A DNA stretch of 64,000 nucleotides from NCBI RefSeq assembly GCF_006345805.1, contig NC_043023.1, forward strand, positions 310,001 to 374,000, written 5' to 3'. This DNA is from Octopus sinensis (Eukaryota). Both the position numbers and the translations under genes were made by a program. Below are positions 63,106-64,000 of the stretch, piece by piece (the first letter of the stretch is position 1; each line of letters starts with the position of its first letter). The notes under the pieces are model-generated. The model saw only the letters and a program-made list of their open reading frames with translations, did not search any database and was not told the origin of the DNA.

Positions 63106-64000
63106 GGAAGAAAGGGAAGAAAAGTGTTTCGGACCCTTGGGAGAAAGAGGCTGGAATTAAAAAGTTAAAAGGAGCTGTGCTGTTTTTATTTTTAGGGAGA
63201 GGGCAATCAAGGTACTTAAGGTATCATCATTACCTGTTAAAGGTCCAGTCTGATGTCCTCTCTGAAACTGGCCCCTTTTTATAGACTCTGGTCTTATGTC
63301 CAGGATCCTTGTTAAATGGCAAACAGGGGCCGGCACACGCATACACACTTCACTCACACATGTATACGCAAACACACACGCACACACTCAGAAAATACAT
63401 AGATGCGCACGCATATATACATACACATACACCCCACTCACATTTATATACACAAAGGAAACTTCATGCGTACGCGTGCACCGGAGAACGTGTAGGTGTG
63501 TGTATGCGTGTGTATAAAGGTGAACTTTAAATGACGTCACATGCCACGTGACAGCATGTGTAACCTGAGTGTCATGGCAAATGTTGATTTATCGTTCTGT
63601 GCGTGTGTATGTGCATGTATTTACGGCTGGGTGTATATTGTGTGTGTGTGTGTGTGTTTATATTGACCTATATATCCTTATGCATTATACACACACATAC
63701 ACGTATGTGTGTGTATATTGGCCTACATATTCTTATGCATTATACACACATATGTGTGAGTGTGTGTGTGTTGCTTGCTTATGATAACGAATGCACACAT
63801 GCGTCATACATACGTGCAGGTGTGTAGTGGTTACGCACCCCAGAGTTTGTGTATGTATGTGTATGCATATATAGACATGTGTGTATACGGCCCACACACA
63901 TTTTATATGCATACACACAGCAGCAGGAACAACAACATCAACTTATATATCGCACGTGTATATGGAGCAACTGTTGACACACACTACACACATACAACCC

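Noticed and set aside
63196-63220. Possible 25-nt microexon (ERAIKVLK, kinase-like)
   Set aside because: Good acceptor but weak donor (GTATCA), no companion exons, and the resemblance is too short to be meaningful.
313-63918. The many 60-245 aa ORFs in the supplied track
   Set aside because: Nearly all are read-throughs of (TA)n, (CA)n, (TCTA)n or trinucleotide tracts (YIYI, THTH, poly-L/V/H/P) or SINE bodies, with no domain content. The exceptions are the TE remnants listed.

Overview
This is eukaryotic, AT-rich, microsatellite-saturated DNA that looks intronic or intergenic. The SINE families and repeat landscape point to a coleoid cephalopod, most likely Octopus (inference). I found no confident host protein-coding exon; almost all listed ORFs are microsatellite read-throughs. 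The window holds three main tRNA-derived SINE types (about 45 copies or fragments). It also holds decayed retroelement fragments (R4/Dong-like, RTE x2, HERO-like, Penelope-like with C-terminal GIY-YIG) and DNA transposon derivatives (Tc1 MITE, two hAT MITEs, a shattered mariner, a non-autonomous Helitron, a three-armed foldback MITE). Other structure includes two minisatellite arrays built from halves of one dispersed element, a 1.47-kb tandem duplication that may be an assembly artefact, and a 100-N gap. The most notable signal is a set of eight type-I hammerhead-ribozyme-like motifs from about six unrelated sequence families, mostly with the short or palindromic stem III typical of Penelope-like pseudo-LTRs. 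One sits in a TATA-box / hammerhead / ATG / splice-donor cassette. There is also one unique, G-U-rich pre-miRNA-like hairpin at 5124-5195. Structures were folded by eye and TE boundaries are approximate; no database search was run.
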